The notes under the pieces were generated by a model that was not told the DNA's origin, searched no databases, and worked only from the letters and a program-made list of their open reading frames with translations. From Azolla caroliniana (Eukaryota > Plantae > Polypodiophyta): DNA of 64,000 nucleotides. Below, in pieces: positions 11,970 through 24,800 of this stretch. Positions within the stretch are counted from its first letter, which is position 1; every line of letters begins with the position of its first letter. The stretch lies in assembly GCA_043228905.1 (NCBI GenBank), contig JBHGNT010000001.1, forward strand, positions 24,800,001 through 24,864,000. The letters run 5' to 3'. Both the position numbers and the translations under genes were made by a program.

Positions 11970-14900
11970 ATCCGGAACGGAGAACCAGATAGGTGTTCGG
12001 ATATATCGGTATCTGGAACCTAGAGCAGGACCGTAGAACCAGATCGTACTCCGGAAATAGTGAGAACCGGTAGGCTGTTCGAGCCTACAGTTTGAGCCTA
12101 GTACATAGATATATTCCTTGGAGTTAGTGTCAGTCAGTTGTATGATCATTGAAGTACATGTTAGTACATCTGTCAGTCCTTTTAAGGACTTGTATAAAAA
12201 CTGTTCTGTAGGACGTTTGTATGTATAGAGTGTTCTTATTTTGAATTAAGTTTATGCTATTCTGCTCTCTCTGTCTCTCCCATGTACTTTGTATTCTTAA
12301 GCTTCCATTAAACCTTCATTTCTGTCTTACTGTCAGTATCTGGCTGAGCTTATTTATCTAAGCTTCCGCATATTAACTTTTACATGGTATCAAAGTGCGA
12401 GGGTTGAGAATTTTTTGCTGCCGACGAGTCACGCTCATAGAAAAACCCTAACACCCGATAAAGAACTGAAAGGAAGATATGGATAGAAGCATGGCGAGCT
12501 CGCTTCCAACAAAAAAGCTCAACCGGAGCAACTATGCGTCCTGGTCGTACAAAATGCACCAGTACCTACTAGGGCACGGATACTGGAGCTACATGGAAGG
12601 AGTAAATGAAGTAGTGCCGGATTCAACACACAAGGACTTCCCGATATGGGAGCAAGGAGTGAGTAGAGTATTGTACTGCCTGGTGTCCTATGTGCACGAC
12701 TAGATGCTCAGCTACATTAGAGACGCAAAGTCATCGAAGGAGGCATAGGACAATGTCTAGAAGATTTTCGCCGCAAGTACCACAACTCAGAAGTTGCAGC
12801 TCCGACAAGAGCTCAATAGTATCCGACAACGAGACATGTTGGTCACCAACTACACCACCAAGATCAAGGAGATCTGCGATGCGCTGATGTCCATCAACGT
12901 GACGGTGGATGAAGTCGAGATGGTCTAGATTTGCCTCGGTGGTCTAGCACACCGGTACGAGCCAATTCGAACGGCAATTTGCACGCGGGAGAAGCCACCA
13001 TCCTTCTTCAACCTACAATCGATGCTCATGGTCAAAGAAAACCATGTGAGTGGGTCAAGCACCACTCAATCGGATAGTCGGATGCTGTACACGGAGGCGG
13101 ATCCGCCCTGTGGGCGTGGAGGACGAGGTGGGTCGGCATGCAATAGCAGTGGCCGGCAAGAGTAGAATTAGAGGCACAAAGATAATGCTGACAGAAGTTC
13201 TGAACCCTCCACAAGCAGGGGGAGTCAAGGCGACTCCGGAAACCGGCAATCAAAGACCGAAACGGAATGTTGGTACTATGGTAGGAAGGGCCACAGAGAA
13301 AGCGAGTGCTGGAAGAAGAGTGCCGATTCGGATAAATCCGGATCCGGCAAGACCGGACAAGGGAATTGGCAAAGCTCGCACTACGCTAAAGGATCGATAG
13401 GATCTGGGACCGGAAATACCGGAAAAGGGCCAGCCTTTGTGATGAAACACAAGGCAAACTCGATGAAGAAGACCATTTCCAGATTGGAGGAAGTGTGGTA
13501 TGTTGACTCTGGAGCATCTAACCACATGACAAGCCACGAAGAGTGGTTCTCATTTCTAGAAAAGCCGGAGCAACCAGGAGTTGTTGAAACCGGAGATGAC
13601 ACTCCTCACCCGATTGAACATGTCGGAGAAGTTCCCCTCAGCCATGTCGAACAGAGAGGGAAGCTCATGCACGTGTTGCACGTTCTGACAATGATGAAGA
13701 ACCTGGTGTCGGTCGGATAGATCGTTGACTAAGGGATGCATGTACAATTTACGCAAGTCATCACGCAAAGCGCCGAGATGGGAGGATGTTCATCCTCGAC
13801 CCCAACAATGTAGGCACCACCTTTTTCGCAAAAGGACAGAAAGTTGAGTCGGATATCGACTTGTGGAACAAGCGGATTGGCCACGTCAACTATCAATGGC
13901 TTCAAGACCTGCAATTGAAATAGGTTGTTTATGGTTTTCCAAAATTCAGTGGCCGGAAGGCCCAAATTTCTGAAGCCTGGCAGCTCAGGAAGCAACACCA
14001 GCTTCCATTCCCAACCGAAAGAAACCGGAGCCGTAACAAGGTCGACTTGATACATTTAGATGTATGGGGATCGACACAGAACGTTAGTCTTGGCGGGAGC
14101 TGATATTTCGTCTTCTTCATGGATGACTACAGCCAACACACGTGGATCTATCTCATTGAGAAGAAAAGTGAAGTCTTCGACTATTTCCGGAACCTACAAA
14201 GCCTTGTCGAACGGGAAACGGAGAGAAAGATCAAGTGCCTACGGTCGGACGGTGGAAAAGAATATTTTTCCGGCAAATTCAACAATTATTTGCAGTAGAA
14301 AGGAATTTGGAGGGAATTCAGTTGTAGATACACAGTGGAACAAAACGGTGTGGCCGAAAGGAAACATCGGTCAATTGTGGAGGTTGCATGGGCAATGTTG
14401 GAAGAGAAGAGCATGCCCAAGTTCTACTGGGTCGAAGCAGACTGAATGGTTGTCTACATCCAAAACCGGATTGGGGGATAAGGTGTCAGCACACGAGCTA
14501 TATTTCGGGTGGAAGCCAAATTTAAGGCATCTTAGGATATTCGGTAGCATTGCCTATGTGCATGTGCTGGATGAGAAGAGGAGGAAGTTGGAACCAAAGT
14601 CGGAGAAGTGCATATTGGTTGGCTATTCTCATGAGCAGAAGGGTTACAAGTGCTACAACCCCCGGACGAAGAAGGTCTGAGTAAGCGGAGATGTCAAGTT
14701 TGATGAATCAACATCCTAGTACTCTCTGCCGACTTTGACCTGATTCCGGAAGATGAGGCTAGTGAGCGCGAAACGATCAGGGCAGAAGAGGAAGAAGGAT
14801 TTGGTACTCTAGATGAGAGTCCGATCTCATTTTGGGTAAGCGGGCCGAAAGAAGGACCAACAAAATGATGAGCCGGTGAGCAACGAAGACTCGGTTGTGC

Positions 14901-16084
14901 TTTCCCCATGTAAGGAACGAAGGAGGTGGTTCACACGCAAAGAGAAAGGGAAGAAGAAGATGATGGAGTATGACAACGACAGAGAAGAGTTGGATTGGAG
15001 CGAGACCGACTCCGGAAAGAACGAAGATGGGCCCTCGGGAACGAAGTCTGAATCAGCCAAGAGGGCCTTGAAATTGGTTAACGAGAAGTTATGCCGATCA
15101 ACCCGCCAAAAGAACCCCGTCAAACGGTATGGGTATAATGAGTACATGGCGCATCACTATGTGTACATGACGAAAGTGGTAGAGGTGCGTGTGCCGGAGA
15201 GCTACTCAAAAGTGGCAAAAGATGCGAATTGGCGTGGTGCAATGGAGGAAGAGATGCACGCGCTCATGGCGAATGAGACGTAGAACTTGGTGGACATCCC
15301 GACAGGAGTGAAGCCAATCAGTTGCCGGGGGTATACAAGGTCAAATACAACACCGATGGCTTCGTCAATCGGTACAAGGCCTGGTTAGTGGCAAAAAACT
15401 GCGCGCAATAGCACGGAATCGATTATGACAAGACCCTTCGTGCCGGTTGCGAAGATGACAACCGTCCATGTCTTGCTTGCGGTGGCAGCGATGAAGGGGG
15501 GGCATCTATATCAAATGGATGTGAAAAATGTGTTCCCACAAGGTGATCTTGAGGAATGAGTATATATGGTCTAGCCTCCCAGATTTCAGTCCGGAATGAA
15601 CACATCGGCCATTTGCTGACTGAAGAAGTCACTTTATGGACTCAAACAAGCCCCCTTGTGCTTGGAATGCGAAAATCACGTAGCAACTGCGTCGGATGGG
15701 ATTTGTTGTGTCGATGTCAGACTCTTCACTTTTCATCCGGCGAGGTCGGAACGGGCCGGTAAGCATTTTGCTTTATGTTGATGATTTAGTCATCACCGGC
15801 GCCGACGTGGACAAAATCGAACGCATCAAGTCCGACCTCGTGGCGTTGTTTGACATGAAGGATCTCGGGGACCTTCATTACTTCCTCAAGATCGAAGTGA
15901 TCCGCACCCTAGAAGGCATACTGATCAGTCAACGCCACTATGTGTTGAGTATGCTCTTCAAACTCGGTATGACGGCATGCAAGTCCATCTCAACTCCTCT
16001 GGATAGGAATGTGAAGCTCCGCCTTGGCTTCGGAACGACATGTGACCCGACACGATTCCGATAAATAGTCGGAAGCCTCATATA

Positions 16085-16793
16085 TGTTGAGAACTCGACG
16101 TTCCTTATGTCCAACGCTCGGCCACAACCGAGATTCTTTACATACACAGAAAAACAGGTAATTAAACGCGACACAAAAGAGGAGAAATGATACACAGGAG
16201 GTATACGTGGAAAACCCCAAAATAGGGGAAAAAACCACGGCAGCCCACAAGCTGCAAACTGTCACTATGTAGGAATATACAACAGTGAGATCACTGAGGC
16301 AACGACCTCGTGCTCTCAGATCTTCGCCACAGGCGGCGGTTACAACAGAGGCAACGACCTCGTCTCTCTCTCTCTCTCTTTCTCTGCACAGTTACGTGCT
16401 CTGATTTCTTCTTGCACCAACAAGAAAGAATAATAACAACATAAAACGACAACAACTTATTTCTAAAAGTTTGCCCTAAGTCATATTTATACTAATATGA
16501 CTTTTCGGCTATTTACAAATGTAGCCTCGATGGGCTCCATCCGGCTCTCCGCAGTCGGGTACTCTCCATCCGGCTCTCCGCAGTCGGGTAATCCTCATCC
16601 GGTTCATACCGGGCCTACACCATCCGACTCTCCGCAGTCGAGTACTCCTCATCCGGTTCATACCGGGCCTACACCATCCGACTCTCCGCAGTCGGGTACT
16701 CCTCATCCGGTTCATACCGTTTCGGCCTCGGCCGAGTTTGTTCGTCGGCACTGGTCTTCTCACTTCCCATCCGGAGGGACCTGTCTACCAACA
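16085..16793. mobile_element. Solo LTR (709 bp) inserted in the copia RT; contains ~3 copies of a 60-bp repeat
   Basis: TGTTG...CAACA; TSD ATATA at 16080-16084 and 16794-16798; host GSLI|YLTITRPD rejoins on excision; repeat ctctccgcagtcg..cctcatccggttcataccg at 16545-16720. Confidence 0.9.
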
Positions 16794-18169
16794 ATATATT
16801 TGACCATCACCCGACCGGACCTCAGCTATCCGATCAGACTAATTAGTCAATTCATGGCGCATCCAACCGTGGAGCACCTTCAGTGCGTGCACCGAATACT
16901 CAGGTACATCTGTGGCTCTAAGGAGAGGGGGTTGCTATATCAGACCGGTGTAGCCAGACAACTTGTCAACTACATGGATGCCGATTGGGCCAGAAATGAT
17001 GGCAACCGTAGGTCTACATCTGGATATGTGTTTTTACTTGGAAGCACTGCAGTCGCCTGGAGTAGTAAGAAGTAGATGATAGTAGCACTATCGAGCACCA
17101 AGGTTGAGTACTGAGGAGTGGCTGCCATGAGATGCGAAGCCATATGGCTCAAGAGGCTCCTAAAGCACCTGCAATTGGAGATGTTTGATCCAACGACGAT
17201 CCACTGCGACAACCTTGGCAACATCTAGTTGGCGAACAACCCCGTTTTTCTCACCAGGAACAAGCATATTAAGGTGCACTACCATTTTGTCCGTGAGCAT
17301 GCCTCTCTGGTGAAGTCGAACTTGGGTATATTCCGATGGATCCGCAGATTGCCGACATCTTCACCAAACCTCTCGTGCTGGACAAGCTGCAACATTTTTT
17401 AGAGATGCTTGGTCTTTAGCATCTCGACATGCCGCACTTGAGGGGGAGAAAGGAAGACAAGGAGGAAACCGGAACGGGAACGGGAAAGTTAGGTAATGGC
17501 ACCGGACAAACAGCCGAAGAGAAGTAAACAATCCAAATAGGGGGAGACAAGAAGAAAAACGGAGCCGAGTCAACTGAAGAAGTCGGCACGTCTGAACAAG
17601 TCGGAACAAACTGCGACGACGGTAGAGTCAAGAAGGACAGAGCCGACTGGAAGGAGAAAGCCAAGACCCGGATGTTGTTCGATGTGGTAAAGGGCCTGAA
17701 GATTGAGGACGAATTGGAGACAAGCAATTCAGACAAGAGCTGGAACAAATCGGAGTCACCTGATTCGGAAGAGGTGCTTGATGCAGAGGAGCCAGATCAA
17801 GTGAAGGTCAAACAAACGAGGAGGCAACAGAAGTCGACACTGACATAGAGAAATCGATGGGTCGAGACACGCCGGAGTCGCAATAGTGAAGGAGCTAAGA
17901 TGGGCCTGATGAGCAAACATGCCGACTGAGAAGGTCAAGGTGCACCGAACGGGTTGTGGAAAGTGGAACCAGACGGGTCAAGGAGCACGAGCAAGGCGCG
18001 AAGACGCTAGGAGGAGCCAGAGGAGAGGACTAGTGGACACACATAGCGATCCGACCTCAAGTTGAGGGTGAGGGTGAGTGTTGAGCAGGCAAGCTCAACT
18101 AGATCTGGATTGGTTGAATAAGCCAGAGCTGGATCGGTATCCGGACCTGAGAACTGGATAGGTGTAGAA

Positions 18170-18990
18170 TTTGGAGATGAATTATGGGCCATGATCACTG
18201 ATGATGTTATTTGAAAGAACCATGATGCTGAAATACTTCTCTCATAACCATGTTTGTAGTTTTTTCATTATTGATAGTCTTTGTGCATGGAAGTAAATTT
18301 GTCATCTTAGTGAATCGATCTACTATAGTGAGAATAGAATCAAATCTCTTGGAAGGCAGCATATTTGGAATGAAATACAAAACTCTGATGTATTTTCACG
18401 GACCAATAAGAATGGGCAATGGTTGTAACAACCATATGGTCGATGTCGTGGAATCTTAACACACTTCACAACTACTTACATAATCCTCAACAAACTCACA
18501 AAGAAGAGGCCACCAATAGTTTTGAGAAATTGGCTCCAAAGTTTTGGGGATTCCAAAGTACCCAACCATTGGGTTTTCATGACACTAGTGCAATATTTAG
18601 ACAAAGATGAACCATTCAGGACATGCAAAAGAGTATTACGAAACAACAAACCATTACGCCATCTAAAATGGTTATAATCTTGACAAAGATGCTCAGAGGT
18701 TTAACAAGAAGCATGATCTAAAATTATATGCGTGAATATACCTTGAGCAAATTTGCCAAAAATGGTATTTTTTCCGATTGAATCAAGAAACCTCAAATCT
18801 TTAGGTGCTTTAGAGGAATTAGCAACCAACAATCTTAACCAATCAGGCCATAGGACAACTTGCTTTTCATGATCAAATGTAGGCTTTCTTGATCGTGGCA
18901 CCAAATAGGATTGACATGATAGAGCACATACCGTTACTTATTGTAATCTTGAGTGATATGAAATCGAGACTTGTCAGAAATTATGCTCAA
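18170..18990 (-). mobile_element. Degenerate gypsy RNase H end / integrase zinc-finger fragment
   Basis: Minus-strand frame reads HENPMVGYFGIPKTLE..NYWWP..FVEDYVSSCEVC...LLQPLP. Confidence 0.65.
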
Positions 18991-20007
18991 TGAGCTTGGA
19001 ATTTACTCAAGACATTTTGGCCATAGTACCAACAGTCTGTTGCGGCCTTCCCTTCCCTGTTCTCGACGCCGCCTTGACTCCCCGTTCTTGTGGAGGGTTT
19101 GGTATTGTTGTTGGCACCATCCTTGTCGGCTGCCTCCATTGCGTGCCGAACCGCCTCGTCCGCCACGACCACGGGGCCTCTCCGTTTCCATGTACAACAT
19201 CTTTTTGTCGGTGTGCGTACTCGTCAACGCACTCGCATGGTTCTCCTCTACAAGGAGCATCGATTGTAACCCGAAAAACGAAGGTGTATTCTCTCTCGTG
19301 TAAACCGTCATTCGAAATACCCCAAACTTCGATGCCAAGCCCCCGAGGCAGACTTGCACCATTTCATCCTCCTCGATGGTCACGTTGATGAAGGCAAGGG
19401 AATCACAGATCTCCTTGATCTGGCCTATATAGTCGGCCACCGACGTGTCTTTTGTTGGACATTCCTCAACTCCTGTCTGAGTTGTATCTTCTGGGCCGTG
19501 GTGCTTGCGGCAAAAACCTTTTCTAGGTTCGTCCATGCTTCCTTTGGCATCTTGGCGTCCAAGATGTGACTGAGTAGCTTATTGCCAACACTCGACGCAA
19601 AGCAATACATTACCTTGTTTGCCGCTTGTTCCCAAGCCGGAAAGTCCTTGTATGTCGCATCCGGTGCTACATCATTAGCTCCATTGACATAACTCTAGTA
19701 TCCATGTCTGAGTAGGTACTAGTGCATCTTGTACGACCAAGATGCGTAGTTGCTTCTGTCAAGCTTCTCCGTCGGAAGCGAGCTAGCCATTCCTCTGTCC
19801 ATTCTTTCCTTCTTCCTTTCTGTTCTTTACTGAGTGTTAGGGTTTGTCTTTGATGAGTCTCTTGTTGGCAGTAGAGGATTCTCAACCCTCGCGCTCTAAT
19901 ACCATGTAAAAGTTACGTGCGGAAGCGTAGACACAACCGGTTCAGCTGGATAGCAATAGAAAACAGAATGAAGATTTAATGGAAGCTTGAGAATACGCAG
20001 TACATGA

Positions 20008-21015
20008 GAGATAGATGGATAGATAGATTATATTATCATCTTCGGAGGTCAAATATGACCTATGAGACCAAAAATATTACATTTCACATGATACGTGTGA
20101 AGGTGAGTAGCAACTCTCGATGTTCAAGAACTTTTCCAATGAATGTTGCAATCGAGAGTGCATATCGTGGTTGTGAGAGAAATTCATGCAAGGATTGGGC
20201 TCGATCGAAGAGATGTGGAAAGCATGGTTGAATATGATCAAAGGCAGAGCATTGTATCAAAGTGTGAAACTCAGACTCTCGAACTTGTTTAGGGCAAAGT
20301 GTGCATAGTCGGCCACTCTCATCACTTGTGCCCCAACACCCCGCCTCACATCGCAATGCATGCGAGCTAAGTCGCATGGAAGCAATGGTTCGAATGGCAG
20401 ATATCGGGATGGGCTCTAACATGTATCGATGTGTACGGCTCCCCCGTTCCGCGAAGAATATGGTTTTATAGTTAGGTGCAACATTTGTAATATAATGTGT
20501 GAAGCGTGAGCCACAACATTTGTCCCATGTCATGATACATTGGGGTTTCAAAAAGGCCTCATTTACAGGGGAATCTAGTGACGCATAATGAAGCAAGTGT
20601 CTTACATCCCATCTACCAAACCATTTTTCTAAATCTTGCATCCAACCGGAACACAAAATTTTGCTTTTATGCATCTTTTGGATCTTTTTGCTTGCTTCCC
20701 ATGCAATTCTAGGAAGTCGATGTGAGGGGCTTTTTTGAACCTTAAGCATGTATTCAACAACCCTTTCCATGACCATGATCTCAATGGGAAGCGATCCCGT
20801 CTCAAGGAGGAGGAGGGTGTAGGGCGTTTGTTTCTTAACTTGTAGAAACTTTGTAAGAAAATGTTTTTGGACATTTTCAAACTCTTTCCACGTAGATTTA
20901 GGGGTGCTACCACCCCATACTTCCACCCCATAAAGAAGAACCAGGGTCACCAAAGTGTCAAAAAGATATTTCTTGAGGACCCAACACTTAATATCTCCAA
21001 GATTGCAGGTGTTCT
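20008..21015 (-). mobile_element. RTEX-like LINE, 3' part (post-RT region, C-terminal Cys/His motif, hairpin, (TCTA)n tail)
   Basis: LLYGVEVWG; RLSSHALRCEAGCW..RLCTLC..ESEFHTLIQCSAF, an RTEX-type C-terminus; in frame with 34986-35420 once the copia is removed (AFEN|TCNL). Confidence 0.8.
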
Positions 21016-21664
21016 TGTTGAGAGACAAGCTCAACATCGGCCGGATCGGCTTAGCAAGCCGAGGACCGGATCGGTTGGGACCGATCGGTTAGGCCGGACC
21101 GGTGCGTAAAACGGATGCGTAAACCAGTACACAAACTGGTGCGTAACGAGAGGCCATATCGGTGCGTAGACCGAAAGGCCGTTAGAAAGATATTCCTCGT
21201 AAGGAATAGTTTTGGGAGTAAGTGTCGAGGCTCATTTATGAGCAGTCAAGTACTGTCAGTACTTGTGTCAGCCCGATTGTCAGGGCTTGTATAAAAGTGC
21301 TCACTGAGCACATCCTATGTACAAATTGACTATTTTTTAATTAAGTTCTTGTGTTTACTCTCTCTCTCTCTGTCTCTCCTGTGCGTACTATGCAAACCTA
21401 AGCTTTCCATTAAACTTGCGTCTTATGTTGTTTGGTCTCCTATATTGCTTCCGCACGACATTCTTTTCATGGTATCAGAGCGCGAGGGTTGAGAACCTCT
21501 GCAACCAACTTTGCTTGAAGGGAAAACCAACGAAGAAGAACAAGAAAACCGATGGACACAGGAATGGCTAGCTTGCTTCCAACGGAGAAGCTCGACAAAA
21601 CCAACTACGCATCTTGGTACTACAAGATGCACCAGTACCTGCTCGGACACGGTTACTGGAGCTA

Positions 21665-21847
21665 TGTCGAATACAAGTGTATAATGGACGTATTCACACT
21701 ATCCTTCTGTATAGCTCAAGTTTGGGCCATTTGTGTAATTAGCATAAAGGGTAGTTGCCCTAAGTTTGTCACTATATAAAGTGACCTTGTAACCTTTTTG
21801 TAAGGTTGGTTGTATTATTGTTTCTATGGAATAGAAAGTCTTTTGTG

Positions 21848-21888
<41 letters not shown>

Positions 21889-24800
21889 ACGATCGTGCAA
21901 ACTGTCATACGCAGGTACTCAACCCTAATCGAATGCTTCTTGATCTTCCGCATAGACGACCTTGTCTTCAACATCTGGTATCAGAGCCTGCACAGTATTC
22001 GGTCCTTCAATCCGCTGTCGGCCGTCGTCTCAGCCTGCACAGCATTCGGTTTCCTGCGTCATTCGAAGAAGAGAGAAGAAGAAGAAAAAACGAGGCTTGC
22101 ATCTCATCGCGTTAGATCATCTTCGCTTGGAGTAAGCCAGCCGGTTGTACTCTGTTTCTTGTGATCGTAACCGCTCGAGGTGAAATCCCCTTGTGCAACA
22201 TTGACACGATCGTGCTCCACTCGGTTAAACGGCATCCGAAGAGGTCATCAAACGCTGCTCGCCGCTCATTGTAACCACTCGGTGCAGATCGTTCTCAAGA
22301 CAACAACCCCAATTCGTGCTTCATCCGGCTGATCGACATTCGGGAGGATCAGTTGGATCCGTCTCTCTCGTCGCTGCAGTCACCCGAAGCAGAATCGGTC
22401 CAGACAATCGGTTTCAATAATCGGTATTTGGCATATATATTCGGAAGCAAACCGGGCTCACTCCGACTCGGCAACATTCGGGAAGACCAGTCGGTTCTGT
22501 CCCTCAAGTTACCGGAGTCAATTCGAGCAAGTTCAACAATACAAATATCCGAAGCCGAACCGACTCGGGTTCAAATCCGACTAGAACGATATCGGGTGAG
22601 CCAACCGGCTGCACTCCAACAAGGTTCGTAGTCAACTCCGAACCGAGCTTCGTCAACCGAAACCAAATTTGATGGCATCAACATCCGGCTCGTCAGAAAT
22701 GAGTCTACGAAAGTTCGATGGATCGAACTTCAACTTCTGGAAGGAGCAAATGCAGGACTATCTCATAGTCAAGGGGCAAATCGATCCCATCGAAAATGAA
22801 GAACCTCCAGAAGGATACAAACCAATTGAGTGGCAGAAGCTGGACAGAATCGTCCGCGCCACGATTCGGATGCACCTATCGGAATCGGTATACTTTACGG
22901 TGCAATCGTGTATGACAGCATTCGAACTGTGGAAAACACTGTCGGACACCTACGAAAAGAAGGTCGCTGCAACGAAGATGTTTCTGATCCGGCGCCTCTA
23001 CAACTTGCGAATGAAAGAATCAGATTCGGTTCAAGCACATCTCAATGAGTACGAAAGCATAAGCTCCCAAATCTCATCTCAGGGGACGGCAATCGAGGAT
23101 GAACTCAGAGCAATGATACTCATGAGTAGCCTTCCCTCATCATGGGAAACTTTCGTCACAACCGTGTGCAACGCGTCAACCACAGCTGTTAAATACTCCG
23201 AAGTCACGAGCGCAATCCTGACCGAAGCAGCTCGGAGAAAGTCTTTCGCCAAAGACTCAACAGACGACGCTTATGTAGTACAAGGTTCGATAGACCGATC
23301 GAACATACGAGGAAGAGATTCCTCACGGCAGCCGAACAATCAGCGAAGACGGAGCCAGTCACGGGATAATCGAATCTGCAACTATTGCAAGAAACCCGGA
23401 CACATCAAAGCCGACTGCCGCGCACTCAAGAACAAGAACGACAAGTCTCAGAAATCAGACAAGAAGAGTGGCCGGCATGAGGAGATCAATTACGTCAGCT
23501 TCTCAGCTGATGTGCTACCAAACGACCCGAATATACTGTCAATCGAAAATCCAGTCGGATCAGAAGTTCTGCTCACGACTGAAGAATCGAGCACATGGCT
23601 CTTAGATTCGGGCGCGTCATTTCACGTGACTCCTCATAGATCCCAATTTCGGCAATATACGATCCGTCACTCCGACTCAGTTCGAGTCGGCAACTCGCAA
23701 CACTGTGACATCATTGGAATCGGCACAGTAGAGCTCAACCTTGCAGGTGGCTCTACACTTGTACTTCACAATGTCCGACATGTACCCGAGCTCTCAAGGC
23801 CATTGATCTCAGTCGGACAACTAGATGAAGACGGCATTCGTGCCGGTTTTTCTTCGGGAGGGTGGACACTCCACAGGGGGAACCTCCTGCTTGCTAGAGG
23901 ACCCAAGATACACTCACTGTATCCGTTACATGTTACGCTCAGAGAGGGTAACCTGTTTTTGGTGGACATTCCTGTGTCATCACTATGGCACAGAAGATTA
24001 GGACACCTCAGCAAGGCTGGCATTACGCATCTATCTAGAGCCGGATACATCCCTAAACTCTCCTTCTCCGACCATCAATTCTGCGAGCATTGCCAGTATG
24101 GCAAACAAGCAGCCGCATCACACCCGACATCAGCACCAAGAGAAACGAGACCTCTCGATTTGGTCCACTCGGACGTCTGTGGCCCAATGCCGCATCAGTC
24201 TCTCGGCGGTGCCTCTTACTTCGTCAGTTTTATTGACGATTCGACTCGAAAGGTGTGGGCTTATCCAATTCGCACCAAAGATCGTGTCTTCTCGATCTTC
24301 TCCGATTGGATCGCTATGGTAGAAAATCAAACCGACCGAAAACTGAAATGCTTTCGGACCGACAATGGGGGAGAGTTCAAATCAGAAGAATTCGTCAAAT
24401 TCTGCCGACAACGCGGCATCCGACGTGAATTTACGGCACCACACAGTCCGGAGCAAAACGGGATTGCCGAACGCATGAATCGGACAATCCAAGAACGGAT
24501 AGTTTCCATGCTCCAACACTCCGGACTGTCGGATGGCTTCTGGGCAGAGGCTCTACTCACGGCAGTACACATAATCAATATGTCGCCAAGCAGACCTCTA
24601 GGACTTCAAATTCCTCAGGAACTATGGATCGGCAGTAAGCCGAATTATGACAAGCTGAGGATCTTCGGATGCGAGGCATACGCCCTTATTCCGAAAGATG
24701 ATCGCCAAAAACTTGCACCTCGGTCCAGGAAATGCATTTTCCTTGGATATGGATCAGACGGCGAAATGGGATACCGACTCTGGGACCCCGAACGCAGACA

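Larger units (their letters stand above)
11227..18165 (+). mobile_element. Decayed Ty1/copia (family X): 5' LTR 11227-12384, tRNA-iMet PBS 12385-12396, gag-PR-INT-RT-RH with stops and frameshifts, truncated 3' LTR from 18079
   Basis: LNRSNYASWSYKM gag; WYVDSGASNHM protease; KKLEPKSEKCILVGYS; LLYVDDLVITG; ADWA..RRSTSGYVF. Both LTRs start TGTTGA..GGCAAGCTCAAC. Confidence 0.9.

Noticed and set aside
16497-17075. 192-aa ORF with PHPVHTGPTPSDSPQS repeats fused to RT
   Set aside because: Chance read-through from the 60-bp repeats of a solo LTR into the host RT.
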